From Podarcis melisellensis (lineage: Eukaryota): DNA of 64,000 nt. Shown here piece by piece: positions 1 to 11,980 of this stretch (the stretch's first letter is position 1; every line of letters begins with the position of its first letter). Position numbers and translations under genes: made by a program. The DNA lies in NCBI GenBank assembly GCA_964234715.1, contig OZ174275.1; one strand, 5' to 3'. The notes below the pieces were generated by a model. The model worked only from the letters and a program-made list of their open reading frames with translations. It had not been told where the DNA came from and ran no database searches.

Positions 1-206
1 GTGGAGTCGAAAGATGTAGTGATGGCTGAGGTCACTGCTGCAGAAGAAGTATCTGGAGAAGCTGCTGCTCCATTCTTCATACGGAAACCAATCGTACAGA
101 AGTTAATTGAAGGTGGATGTGTCATTTTTGAGTGCCAAGTTGGGGGCAACCCAAAGCCACATGTTTACTGGAAGAAAGCTGGGCTTCCTCTTACGACAGG
201 CTACAG
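1..206 (+). CDS. TTN: TTN exon 20 (5'-truncated by window), Ig Z4 N-terminal half
   Basis: AAAPFFIRKPIVQKLIEGG...TTGYR; donor CAG|GTACAA at 207. Confidence 0.95.
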
Positions 207-259
207 GTACAATATGAATTTTACAGTTGTATGCACTGTCTATATGGTATGGTAACAGT

Positions 260-405
260 AAAGGTAAAGGGACCCCTGACCTTAAGTCCAGTCACGGACG
301 ACTCTGGGGTTGCGGTGCTTATCTCGCTTTACTGGCTGAGGGAGCCGGCGTTTGTCCACAAACAGCTTCCGGATCATGTGGCCAGCATGACTAAGCTGCT
401 TCTGG
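260..405 (+). mobile_element. Sauria SINE, 5' fragment
   Basis: AAAGGTAAAGGGACCCCTGACC...GACTCTGGGGTTGCG...GGCCAGCATGACTAAG, near-identical to copies at 9654 and 21303. Confidence 0.85.
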
Positions 406-588
406 AGGTCCGTTCTTAACCTGTTCTTAACCTGAAGCACCACTTTAGCTAATGGGGCCTCCTGCTGCTGCTGCACCGCGGGAGCCCGATTTCTGTTCTT
501 ATCCTGAAGCAAAGTTCTTAACCTGAAGCACTATTTCTGGGTTAGCGGAGTGTGTAACCTGAAGCGTATGTAACCCGAGGTACCACTG
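406..588. mobile_element. One end of a Tc1/mariner (Tigger-like) MITE
   Basis: Ends GAGGTACCACTG|TA, the same terminus as the complete element at 47337-47584; internal TTAACCTGAAGC subrepeats. Confidence 0.7.
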
Positions 589-1570
589 TACAAGATTCTT
601 CCACCCAATTTTGGGTGATTTGCTTTGTGCAACACAACCCACACTGCTCAATAGACCCTTCAGACACCCTGGAGAGATAGGGGAAGAGAAATATGTGTTG
701 TGCGTGCTCATATCCATTCATCAGTGTTAGGTACAACACATAGATTCCCTTCAATGAACAGAAAGAGTTGTTTTGCTTCAAGTCTCCGCCAGGAGATCCT
801 CTAAGCATCCCTTGCACTCTTGGCAAGGAGATGTTGGCCACCCAGAGTGGCCGAGGAGCAGCCCAGGGAATGAACAGATGGGCAGTTGGGCTCCTAGCCA
901 CTCTCAAGGTGGAGAGGCATGATTTTTGTGATGCCCTGGATCTGTGCCCTTGGATGGGTGAGAACCTAGCCAACCCCTAGGTACACCCCAGCTTACTGAA
1001 ACCAGGTCAAAATTAGCATGGTAGTGTGATCTTGGCATCTCAGACCTGACTGAAATGTTCAAATACTGTAGATGGACTCTATCATTTCAAGATAGGGATG
1101 CCCTGCCCTCCACATCAGAAACATGGTGAATGTGGATAGTTAGCTGATTGGACAAAAAGCTAGGATGGAATCTTCTTGTTAACATAGTGGCTCTTCGCAC
1201 CTGGAGAACTTTTAATGTGGGAGACCATGTGGACCCTAATCTACACTGGAAGGGTCTTGAGAGCATCATCAATCCTGGCCCAATACATTCTTTCTGCCTG
1301 AAGCATAGCACCAAATGTCACCCCTTCCTCATACTAGGGCCAGCACTTGGATAAGTCTTGCTGCACCATTAATTTCTGCCTTCTTCTGTCCCCCTTACAT
1401 TTCTCAGCTACACCTTGCTGCATGCTAGGGCCAACCCTGAGCACTGGACCGCACATTTTTCTTGCAGTGCTGAATCAGCGGCTCCCCATCACAGATGTTA
1501 TACTTTCATAGCCTATCGTGCCTTTGGAATTGTTTGTTCTTACGGTTATTCTTTCCTTGTGTTCCCAAAG

Positions 1571-1713
1571 ATACAAAGTGCTTCATAAAAAAGAGACTGG
1601 GGAATGCAGACTTGAAATTTCGATGACTTTTGCCGACGATGCCGGAGAATACACTATTGTCGTTCGCAACAAACACGGGGAAGTTTCTGCATCAGCTTCC
1701 TTACTGGAAGAAG
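1571..1713 (+). CDS. TTN: TTN exon 21, Ig Z4 C-terminal half
   Basis: AG|ATACAAAG...GAAG|GTATGT; 143 nt; YKVLHKKETGECRLEISMTFADDAGEY. Confidence 0.97.
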
Positions 1714-1985
1714 GTATGTGAGTAGGGAATTGGTGATTTTTTTTGGGGGGGGAATCAAGAAGAGGAGGGCTAGCATCAGGGGTCGCCAACCTTTTGGGGC
1801 AGATGGGCATATTTGCAAAGTGGCATTTGCTAGTTTGTTCTATAGAATGCTTCCTAATTTCAGAGGGGGTATGGGACCCTCTGGGGCACGAGGAAAGGCT
1901 TCTGTGGGTGTCTGCATTGGGCACTGCATTGGCAAACTTCAGGCAGGGAGACACTGTTGTTGTCTAAGAATTGACAAAGTCACAA

Positions 1986-2724
1986 CAGGGGTGGGTCTAC
2001 TATGAAACTAATGAAGCTTAAGCTTTAGGGCCCTTAATTCTGGAAGGACCCCAGAAGCTACTTTAGTCTATATTGCTTAAAAAGGTGGGTTCCAGTAGAC
2101 CCAATATGAGTACCGTAACTACAAATGATTAATTTTTTGTTGTTGTATCTATTTTAACAATCGCAAGATTGGAGAGTCCATAGCACACGTTGGAGTGCAG
2201 TGAATATTTTCGTAGGGGGACCGTTAGGGCCAGAGGCACCAGGTTGCAAGGGCAATTGGGGGGGGATGTGTGTGGGAGCATCATACCTCTCTCCCTGTTG
2301 GAGAGCACTGCACCTTCCTCCTGAAGCCAAGCAGAAGCTCCCCAGGCTTTGAAAAGGAGGCACTAGGCTTTCATACTCTGGGCGGCTTCCAACAAAATAT
2401 TAAAATACTGTAATACATCAAACATTAAAAGCTTCCCTAAACAGGGCTGCCTTCAGATGTCTTCTAAAAGTCTGGTAGTTGTTGTTCTCTTTGGCATCTG
2501 GTGGGAGGGCGTTCCACAGGGAGGGCGCCACTACCGAGAAGACCCTGTCCCCCTGGTCCACTGACCTCACACCACTGTAGCACTGATGTTGTCAATGTGT
2601 GGTGATCTGTCATGGAACAACCCCATTGAGGAAGACAACAGTTACCCAGACTTCATTGCTGGTTGTGAAGGGGCCCCCATGACAGTTCAAGCTTCAGGGG
2701 GCCCCAAATGTAGGTCTCCCGCTT
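1986..2724. mobile_element. Probable non-autonomous hAT-like element containing an L2 fragment
   Basis: GTCACAA direct repeat at 1979-1985 and 2725-2731; degenerate TIRs (CAGGGGTGGGTCTAC / GTAGGTCTCCCGCTT); AAGCTTYAGGG subterminal motifs. Confidence 0.45.
2375..2548 (-). mobile_element. L2-type LINE 3' fragment
   Basis: Shares AAACAGGGCTGCCTTCAGATG...GAGGGCGTTCCACAGGG...CACTACCGAGAAG with copies at 13.9 kb and 16.3 kb. Confidence 0.75.
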
Positions 2725-3251
2725 GTCACAATTGCCCAGTTTGTCCAGATTAACATGGCAAGAAGTGACAAGGGTTTCTTACACACAGCACAAGAGCAAA
2801 GATCCCTGGATTTTTAAAGTAATAGCCGAATAAGGCAATGATAGTTAACATAGATACTGCAAGAAGGATGGTGTTGGCTAATCTTAGATGTTGACTTAAC
2901 CAGAGATTGGTTAACATTTTTAGTATCAGAACACATCATTGGTAATTTGTGCTTGTTACCTTGCATCTGATCCATATTGTTTCCAACATATATTTGGCAC
3001 AATCACCGAGACCTAACAATTCCCACGTGAGCCCCAGCAATTTGCTTAGGGGCCTCTGTTTTATAACATTCATTTTTTTTTAAAGGCACTCTAATTATAA
3101 TGCAACTTTAAAGGAAGGGCAGAATCAGTGTCCCTAACACAGCACAAAAATATTCTGTTTTAGGACCCTTTCCCCCCCATCAAACCAGCACTCAGATGGC
3201 AACATGTTCTCATATGTCAATTTACTAAAATGAGTATATTTTTGCCTTTAG

Positions 3252-3454
3252 CTGACTACGAGGTCTACCTAAAATCTCAAGAAACACTCTATCAAACCCA
3301 AGTAACTGCATATGTACAAGAGCCTAAAGTGGCTGAGGTAGCCCCACCGACTTTGTATGGCGACTACGAAAAAGAATATGAAAAAGAACAAGCTCTAATT
3401 ATGAAGAAAATGGCAAAAGATACTGTGCTCGTCAGAACTTTTGCTGAAGAACAG
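3252..3454 (+). CDS. TTN: TTN exon 22, Z-region insertion sequence
   Basis: TAG|CTGACTAC...CAG|GTAAGT; DYEKEYEKEQALIMKKMAKDT. Confidence 0.96.
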
Positions 3455-3597
3455 GTAAGTCTATTGAAGTAGTCGTTTATAATTTCAAGGCGTTTCAGTT
3501 CTGTTTTGCTTCTTTCCTTGCTTTGTGGTTGTCCTAAGAACTGGTATATAACCCTCATTAAACAGACTGAACACTTCTTCTTTTGTTGTTGTTGTAG

Positions 3598-3828
3598 GAA
3601 TTTCACATTTCCTCCTTTGAAGAAAGACTTATCAAAGAAATTGAATACAGAATTATTAAGACCACCTTGGAGGAACTCCTTGAAGAAGACGGAGAAGAAA
3701 TGGTGGTTGATGTTTCTGAATCCGAAACAGTGGAAGCAGAATTTGAAATGAGGCTGAAGAATTACCGAATCCTTGAGGGAAGTGGTGTGACCTTCCATTG
3801 CAAGATGACTGGATATCCTTTGCCCAAG
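3598..3828 (+). CDS. TTN: TTN exon 23, insertion plus start of Ig Z5
   Basis: TAG|GAATTT...AAG|GTATGC; EFHISSFEERLIKEIEYRIIK...GYPLPK. Confidence 0.96.
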
Positions 3829-4039
3829 GTATGCATTGTCGTATGTGTGGAGGAAAAACTTAAACACGCAGCAGAGTTCCCAAAAATAGACCAGAGGCAA
3901 TTGCACTTCATTCAGCAGAGCTTTTACTTGCTACTGAAGGCAAATAAGCAGAATGGTCACAAATCCAGTGCATTCAGGATTGGCACAGTCCATAAAAATC
4001 CAGTTGCAACAATTACAAAGCTTATAAATGTATAACAAG

Positions 4040-4225
4040 TCTGTTTTGGGGGCCTATTTCAGCCCCTGAGGCAGTTTATTCTCTGGGATAAAATCCTAAA
4101 AAAAACCCTCAACAACTTCAATCCTAAAAAAAGGTCAACAACTTTGGCTGGCCCTCTGATCAGCCCTCACGGCCCTTCACTTCATCAAATCTGGCCCTCT
4201 TTGAAAACAGTTTGGACACCACTGC
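4040..4225. mobile_element. Degenerate hAT/Charlie-like MITE fragment
   Basis: GGCCC-rich subterminal repeats ending GTTTGGACACCACTG. Confidence 0.4.
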
Positions 4226-4947
4226 CCTAAGCATACTATGTTCAGAACACCACACCAGAAGGAAGAGAGATAGAAAGAGAAAGTAAAACCCAGGCTCCTT
4301 CCGGCCTATATTTATAGTCAGCATGACCTTAATTGGAAGAGATAAGAAACCAGTTCAAGCCAGCTGTACTCAGCTTCTCTGAAGATATAACCCAAACAAT
4401 CATGAGGTTTCTTTCACACAGAAAAGCTTCCAGAAACTTCCAGAACCCTCTTGAATTAATCAGAATAGGAAAGATATACATCAGATCAATACTTTCTGCA
4501 CTAAGAAATGCAAACTGACGTGTGTGTGTGTACTTTACAACAGAACAAACTGTGCTATTTATACGCCTCCCACCACCACCAGTTAAATCATGTTTGTCAT
4601 TCATCTGACTTCAACAGGAAAAACCAATTTGTAAAAGTAACACCTTTCATAGTTTACAAAAGTAACACATCTAAAGTTTTGCACACACCTAGATGAAAAC
4701 AGATATAATTTGAGGAAGCTTTATTTTAGTGTTTTCATTCTTTAAGCTTGATGTGCCTTTTCATGCGTTGGAAAGAAAGGAAAAGGGAAGAGAGAACACA
4801 TATCCACACATTTTCATGTTACCAAACCAACTATAAGAGTGTGAAAATCAACTGAGTATGTCATGGGAAATTTTAGGACATTTATAGGGAACCTCATTCT
4901 TGCCACCTACATAGTTTTGCAAGTTTGATTTTTTTTTTTTAATGCAG

Positions 4948-5192
4948 ATTGCATGGTACAAGGATGGCAAACGTATCAAGCATGGAGACCACTACCACAT
5001 GGAGGTTCTACAAGATGGCAGAGCCAGCCTCCGTTTACCTGTTGTCTTACCGGAAGATGAAGGCATTTATACTGTCTTTGCCAGTAACTTAAAAGGAAAT
5101 GCCATATGTTCTGCAAAATTATACGTTGAGCCTGTTGGACCAAGTGGGTCTCCAGGTTATATCCCATCGCCTGAAATGATTAGAAGATATCG
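4948..5192 (+). CDS. TTN: TTN exon 24, Ig Z5 C-terminal half
   Basis: CAG|ATTGCA...CG|GTAAGA; 245 nt; [13 protein letters not shown]...EDEGIY. Confidence 0.97.
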
Positions 5193-5203
5193 GTAAGAAT
5201 CTA

Positions 5204-5700
5204 TTTTATTTTATTTATTTATTTAGTAAATTTATATACACCCTTCCTCATAAGATCTCAGGGCGGTTCGCAGAATAGAATACAAGATAAAAACACAAGT
5301 AAATGATTAGAACGAAACAGCAAAACAATAACCACCTCCTTCCCACAGACACATTTAAAAGGTTGTAGAATATTTATCAGCCAAAGGCCTGGTTGAAGAG
5401 GAATGTTTTCACCTGGCGCCTAAAAATATACAATGAAGGCGCCAGGCGAACCTCCCTGGGATGAGCATTTCACAAACAGTGAGCCACTACAGAGAATGTC
5501 TGTTCTTGTGTGGCCATCCTCTGGACCGCATGTGGAAGAGGCACATGGAAAAGGGACTCAGATGATGAACGCAGAGTATGGCACAGTTTATATGAGGAGG
5601 GACGGTCCTTGAGGTATTGCAGGCCTGAGCTGTTTAAGGCTTTATAGGTCATAACCAGCAGTTTGAATTGGGCCTGGAAGCTAATTGGCAGCCACTGCAG
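5204..5700 (-). mobile_element. L2-type LINE 3' fragment
   Basis: (TTTA)n tail; minus-strand translation TYKALNSSGLQYLKDR...FSVVA resembles the L2 ORF2 C-terminus. Confidence 0.8.
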
Positions 5701-6092
5701 AATAAGTCACATCCCCAAGATAGTCTGGGAAGAGGAGTGGCCCACTATGTTATAGCCAAAACACAGATGGTGGTCCTGTGACCCTACATATGTTGTTGGA
5801 CTACAGTTCCCCTCACCATTGGTCATGCTGGCTGGGGCTGATGAGAAATTGAGTCCAGTAACACCTGGAACGCTACAAGTTCACTACCACTGGCCTAGGA
5901 TGACTATGACCACATACAAGTAGTATTTTGTATGTTCCACAACACAGCACTCTCTAATTAATTGACATAAGCCCCCCTTAAGCCATCTGTATGGCTGTAA
6001 TGGAATTACTCAATGGAGGTTCCCTGTAGGTTGCTACATTTCATATATCATTGGTAGCATGTGTTTAATAGGATGGTTTATTATCTTTGCAG

Positions 6093-6316
6093 GTCTCTCT
6101 CTCCTCGCTCCCCAAGCCGCTCTCCTGCCCGCAGTTCCCCTTCACGCTCACCTGCACGGAGACTGGAGGAGACGGACGAAGCACAGCTGGAGAGGTTGTA
6201 CAAGCCAGTGTTCGTCTTGAAGCCAACCTCATTTAAATGTGCAGAAGGGCAGACGGCGAGATTTGACCTCAAAGTTGTGGGCAGACCCATGCCAGAAACA
6301 TACTGGTTCCACAATG
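6093..6316 (+). CDS. TTN: TTN exon 25, Zis5 Ser-Pro motif plus start of Ig Z6
   Basis: CAG|GTCT...AATG|GTATGA; SLSPRSPSRSPARSSPSRSPARRLEETDE. Confidence 0.96.
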
Positions 6317-6430
6317 GTATGAAACTCACCACTCGTCGTGCAGCTCTTTGCAAAATCAAAGATTCACATTGAAGGAAAACAACACTCCGGTCTAATATAT
6401 TTATATATTTATATTTATTTATTTCCATAG

Positions 6431-6595
6431 GTCAACAAGTCCTTAACGATTATACACATAAAATCGTGATTAAGGAAGATGGCACACAGTCGCTGATTAT
6501 TATTCCAGCTACACCTGATGATTCCGGGGAATGGGTTGTAATTGCCCAAAACAGAGCAGGCAAAACATCCATCACAATGACCCTGACAGTGGAAG
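6431..6595 (+). CDS. TTN: TTN exon 26, Ig Z6 C-terminal half
   Basis: TAG|GTCAAC...GAAG|GTATTT; 165 nt. Confidence 0.97.
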
Positions 6596-6689
6596 GTATT
6601 TGTTCTACTTCTTTTGGACATGGGTCTTTGATTACAGTAGTCTACCTCTTCAGTATCTTCATCTGATAACCTGTCTTCTTCTTTTTTAG

Positions 6690-6858
6690 CTAAGGAACAC
6701 TTAGTGAGACCACTGTTTGTAGAGAAGCTGAAGAACATGAGCGTTAAGGAGGGAAATAAACTGGAAATGAATGTGCGGGCCAGGGGTAATCCTAATCCTG
6801 ACATTGTGTGGTTGAAGAACAGTGACATCATCGTACCCCACAAATATCCAAACATAAA
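6690..6858 (+). CDS. TTN: TTN exon 27, Ig Z7 N-terminal half
   Basis: TAG|CTAAGG...AAA|GTGAGT; 169 nt; KEHLVRPLFVEKLKNMSVKEG. Confidence 0.97.
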
Positions 6859-7119
6859 GTGAGTCTTTATTGATTTTGTTCGGTAAATATATAACTAGTT
6901 TGTTTCATCTGTAATGGGGTGAAAGAAATCATTTATTTGTATACATACACATGTACAAACAATGCCGTATGCAATGGCTACACTGCAATTGAAATATAAC
7001 TCAATAAACGAGTAAGGAAATTAAGGAGAGTTATTTGTAAGATAAAACAAGCTCCCAGGGCTCTTAGCATTTCCAACCAATGCTCATACACCAGTTCAAG
7101 AACTTCCACAGCACTACTA

Positions 7120-7375
7120 GAGAGCCAGTGTGGTGTAGTGGTTAAGAGCAGTGGACTCGTATTCTGGTGAACCGGGTTCGCGTCTCCGCTCCTCCACATG
7201 CAGCTGCTGGGTGACCTTGAACTAGTCACACTTCTTTGAAGTCTCTCAGCCCCACTCACCTCACAGAGTGTTTGTTGTGGGGGAGGAAGGGAAAGGAGAT
7301 TGTTAGCCGCTTTGAGACTCCTTCGGGGAGTAATAAAACAGGATATCAAATCCAAACTCTTCTTCTTCTTCTCTT
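7120..7375 (+). mobile_element. tRNA-derived SINE (Squam3-type), full length
   Basis: GAGAGCCAGTGTGGTGTAGTGG (A box), GGGTTCG (B-box-like), (CTT)n tail, CTACTA target-site duplication at 7114-7119 and 7376-7381. Confidence 0.85.
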
Positions 7376-7542
7376 CTACTAAATAAGATATTGTGGGTGA
7401 GCTGGATTTTATGTAGATTTCACTGAAATTCTCCAGCAGCGTCTGTGAATTTGCTAACCATTAAAACAAAAAACAATTGCATTGAAGTGACCGAAAAGCT
7501 CTACGAAGAGCAAATGTTTACTTTTGACACTCTGTGTTTTAG

Positions 7543-9233
7543 GATTGAAGGAACAAAAGGAGAAGCCGCCCTGAAAATCGAGCACACTGTGAGACATGAC
7601 GCTGCATGGTATACTGCGACAGCCATCAACAAAGCTGGACGTGACACTACACGGTGTAAAGTGAATGTTGAAGTTGAGCTCACTGAACCCGAACCAGAGA
7701 GAAGATTAATCATTCCCAAGGGGACTTACAAAGCAAAAGAGATTGCAGCACCAGAACTAGAACCTCTCCACTTGCGTTATGGTCAAGAGCAGTGGGAGGA
7801 AGGTGACCTTTACGACAAAGAAAAACAACAGAAGCCATTTTTCAAGAAGAAGCTCACTTCCTTAAGGCTGAAGCGCTTTGGGCCAGCCCATTTTGAGTGC
7901 AGACTCACGCCGATTGGTGACCCAACCATGGTGGTGGAATGGCTGCACGACGGCAAGCCCTTGGAGGCAGCCAACAGGCTTAGAATGATTAATGAATTTG
8001 GATATTGCAGCCTTGACTATGACGTATCCTATCCCAGAGACAGTGGAGTGATCACCTGCAGAGCTACAAACAAATATGGCACTGATCACACATCGGCGAC
8101 ACTCATTGTTAAGGACGAGAAGAGCCTTGTTGAAGAATCCCAACTGCCAGAAGGCAGGATGGGGCTGCAACGCATTGAAGAACTCGAGAGAATGGCCCAT
8201 GAGGGCGCTCTTCATGGAGTTACAGAAGATCAGAAAGTCAAACAGAAGCCAGAAATAGTCTTGTTTCCTGAACCAGCAAGAGTTGTTGAGGGTGAAATAG
8301 CACGGTTCCGCTGCCGGGTGACTGGTTATCCGCAGCCCAAAGTCAACTGGTACCTCAATGGCCAACTTATCCGTAAAAGCAAGAGGTTTAGACTCCGTTA
8401 CGATGGGATCTATTACTTGGATATTGTGGACTGCAAATCCTACGATACAGGTGAAGTAAAAGTAGCTGCTGAAAACCCCGAAGGTGCAACGGAACACAAG
8501 GTGAAACTTGAGATTCAGCAGCGGGAAGATTTCAGATCCGTGCTTCGCCGAGCACCTGAGCCTAAGCATGAAGCTCCAGCAACGGAGCCTGGCAAACTTT
8601 TGTTTGAAGTTCAAAAGGTCGACAAGCCCGTTGAGAAAACTACCAAGGAGGTGGTGACGCTGAAGAAGGCCGAAAAAGTGAGCCACGAAAAAGTGTCTGA
8701 AGAATCTGAGGAACTCCGCAGTAAATTCAAGCGTAGAACTGAGGAGGGCTATTTTGAAGCAATCACCGCTGTGGAGCTCAAATCTCGCAAAAAGGACGAG
8801 TCCTATGAAGAGCTGCTTAAAAAGACAAAGGACGAACTTCTTCACTGGACCAAAGAGTTAACCGAGGAAGAGAAGAAAGCCCTGTTGGAAGAAGGCAAAG
8901 TCACTATTCCAACCATCAAGCCAGAGAAGGTTCAACTTAGTCCCAGCATGGAGGCTCCCAAAATATTGGAACGCATCCAAAGCCAGACAGTTGGCCAAGG
9001 AAGTGATGCCCATTTCCGTGTCCGTGTGGTAGGCAAACCAGACCCAGAGTGCCAATGGTTCAAAAACGGTGTGCAGATTGAGAGGTCAGATCGCGTCTAT
9101 TGGTTCTGGCCGGAAGATAATGTTTGTGAGCTGGTAATCCGAGATGTAACAGCAGAGGACTCTGCCAGCATCATGGTGAAAGCCGTTAACATAGCTGGTG
9201 AAACCTCAAGTCATGCTTTCTTGTTAGTACAAG
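7543..9233 (+). CDS. TTN: TTN exon 28: end of Z7, Z8, Z9, insertion, Ig I1
   Basis: TAG|GATT...CAAG|GTAATA; 1691 nt open frame; I1 [19 protein letters not shown]. Confidence 0.98.
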
Positions 9234-9354
9234 GTAATATCCCTTTTCAAAAGGGGGCCTCTTGCCCCCTTTCCAAAATGTTGTCTTCTTTTTATGCTCC
9301 AAACAGATAATATTCATTCTCATCTTTTGGCTTCTCTTTTTATTTTCTTTGCAG

Positions 9355-9636
9355 CCAAGCAGCATATCACATTCACACAGACTTTACAAGATGTCACTGC
9401 TAAGGAGAAAGATTCGATGGCGACCTTTGAGTGTGAAACCTCCGAGCCTTTCGTTAAAGTGCAGTGGTACAAAAATGGTCTGGAGATTTCTTATGGAGAC
9501 AAATACAGAACGCACTCTGACAGGAAGGCTCACTTCCTTTCAGTGCTAATGATTGATAAGTCTGATGAAGACGATTACAGCTGTGCCCTGGTGGAAGACG
9601 AGTCTGTAAAGACAACAGCCAAACTAATTGTAGAAG
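9355..9636 (+). CDS. TTN: TTN exon 29, Ig I2
   Basis: CAG|CCAAG...GAAG|GTGAGG; 282 nt. Confidence 0.97.
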
Positions 9637-9653
9637 GTGAGGGCAAAGGTTAC

Positions 9654-10000
9654 TCTAAAGGTAAAGGGCCATTTGGTCCAGTCGTAACCGACTCTGGGGT
9701 TGCAGCGCTCATCTCGCTTTATTGGCCGAGGGAGCTGGCGTACAGCTTCCTGGTCATGTGGCCATCATGACTAAGCTGCTTCTGGTGAACCAGAGCAGCA
9801 CACGGAAATGCCGTTTACCTTTCCACCAGAGCGGTACCTATTTATCTACTTGCACTTTGACGCGCTTTCAAACTGCTAGGTTGGCAGGAGCAGGGACCGA
9901 GCAACGGGAGCTCACCCCGTCGCGGGGATTCAAACCACCAACCTTCTGATCGGCAAGTCCTAGACTCTGTGGTATAACCCACAGCGCCACCCACGTCCCT
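9654..10000 (+). mobile_element. Sauria SINE, near full length
   Basis: Matches the 21303 copy; AAAGGTTAC duplicated at 9645-9653 and 10001-10009 (TSD). Confidence 0.9.
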
Positions 10001-10631
10001 AAAGGTTACAACGTAATTTCTATCTCAGTCACTCCTTATTACTACAGAAATATGGGTGGTGCTGTGTAATGAGTGGCTCTTAGTGCAGGCTTCTCAGACC
10101 ATAGATTTCCCCAGTGGCCAGATCAAACAACTGGTCTGATCAGCTGCACATACTGCGTAACTAATGAGCACTGAGTCCAGGTACCTGATTCTTTAAATCT
10201 TGGAATGTTTGCAGCGACAAAGTGAACCGAAATCAAAATGAGTGCTTGGGCAATCATGTAACTATTCTGATGCCCAACCCTAGTCACTTTTAAAATAGCC
10301 AGCCTTGCACTATTCAATTGGCCCATGGTTAAAAACAAACAACCCTGTTTTCAGGCTAGCTGGGGCTGATGGGAGTTTGAAGTCCAGCATCATCTGGGGG
10401 AGGGGCTGCAGATTCTCCATCTTTGTATTTAAATCATTGGCGCATGGGCATAGCCCTAGATTAACATAGAATGTACAAACATAAGAAGAGCTTGCTTGAT
10501 CAGTCCACATTTTGAAAAGATGGAAAAAATATTTTGAACTGGGCATTCTTTTTAATTCTGTTGCTAAGAAACATTATGGAACATTCGTAAGTAATAAAAT
10601 CACTTACTGAGATGTTTGCATCTGAATGCAG

Positions 10632-10898
10632 GTGCTGTTATTGAGTTTATTAAAGAACTGGAAGACATTGAAGTCCCAGAAACCTTCTCGGGGGAACTGG
10701 AATGCGAGCTTTCGCCTGAAGATGTCGAAGGAAAATGGTATCATAATGAGGTGGAGCTCAAACCCAGTAATAAGTATCTGATAACCTCACGCCGAGGTCG
10801 CCAAATCCTCACAGTTAAGGATGTTGCTAAAGAAGATCAAGGAGAATACAGCTTTGTGGCAGATGGGAAAAAGACCTCCTGTAAACTGAAGATGAAGC
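10632..10898 (+). CDS. TTN: TTN exon 30, Ig I3
   Basis: CAG|GTGCT...AAGC|GTAAGT; 267 nt. Confidence 0.97.
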
Positions 10899-11280
10899 GT
10901 AAGTTGTTCTGCCTTCTAAATACTTGAGAGCAGGAGTGGGAAACCTCCCCCCCCCAGCCCAAAGACCATATCCTATCATGAGTAGCCTTCCATCATGCTA
11001 GTGGTAGGTGGAGCTGGAAGCAGAGGCCAGAAGTGCAGATGGGTGAAACCACAAGTTTAGTTCTTGTCTTTGTGTAGTTGATAACATTCCCATTCAACAA
11101 TGCAGTATTCCAATGGTGTGGTGTGGTGAATATGCGCGCGCATGTGCGCACACACACACACATTATCATTATTATTACTATTACTATTATTTCATTTCTA
11201 TACTACTTTGTATTTTTAAGAAAAAAAACTCAAAGAGTTTTGCATCCTACATTAAAACATCAAATGAATCAATCCAGAAC

Positions 11281-11530
11281 AAAACATGACAGAAGAAAGT
11301 CAGCTATAAAGTATACATTCAAAGCAGCATACTTAACAGGAAAGTAAAATATTATCTTGAAGACTGCAAAATAAAACATTACAAAGAAGGTCAACTATAG
11401 AATGCATATTTAACACAGCAAATTTAACAAAAAAATCTTAGAACATTTTGAAAGAAAATATTACTAAAGGAAGTCAAATATAAAATGCACATTTAAAACA
11501 GCACAATTAGCAAGAAAATAAAACATTATC
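11281..11530. repeat. Degenerate AT-rich tandem repeat, about 3 units of 83-92 bp
   Basis: AAAAYATKAC...GTCA.CTATA...CATT..AA.CAGCA recurs at 11281, 11373 and 11456. Confidence 0.6.
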
Positions 11531-11980
11531 ATAACCATGGAACTGCTGCTGTTGCTGCCAATCCTGTCAATGATGGTTCATGGCAGGCAGTGTCTGTGGA
11601 AGTTCAGGCTTAGTGACCTGGGTCTGCACTAAGACAACCAAGATGGTCTCTGGCATCTTCAGCAGCTTCAGCTTTTGTAGCTGGAGTCAGTCTGGTCTCT
11701 GCCCACCCTGGCCACATGGGAAAAGGTCTGTAAAGCAGGGAGCAGGTCCCCCAGGACTCGCAACCAGGATATCCTTGCACAGCTCTCTGTCCAAGCAATC
11801 AAGAGACATTTTCAGAGTTCAAGGACACATTCCTGCCATCAAAGGCAACTGAGGAGCACCCAGAGTAGGGCTACTGACAGGTGCAGCCTGGCTAGGGAAG
11901 AAAGGTTCCCCATCCCTATTTTATTGAAGCTTCTGATCATTGTTTAATAACTTCTTGCTTCTCTTTCGCATTCCATACAG

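Noticed and set aside
4300-4370. CTATATTTATAG plus CAGCTG as a muscle enhancer
   Set aside because: The A/T core has six bases rather than the four of the MEF2 consensus, and a single E-box is expected by chance; no conservation data
7120-7200. tRNA gene
   Set aside because: The A/B-box head continues into a SINE body with a CTT tail and TSD; no complete cloverleaf
7862-8845. 327-aa minus-strand ORF, and similar antisense ORFs over novex-3 and N2B
   Set aside because: Antisense shadows of long titin exons, with no recognisable domain or independent gene structure
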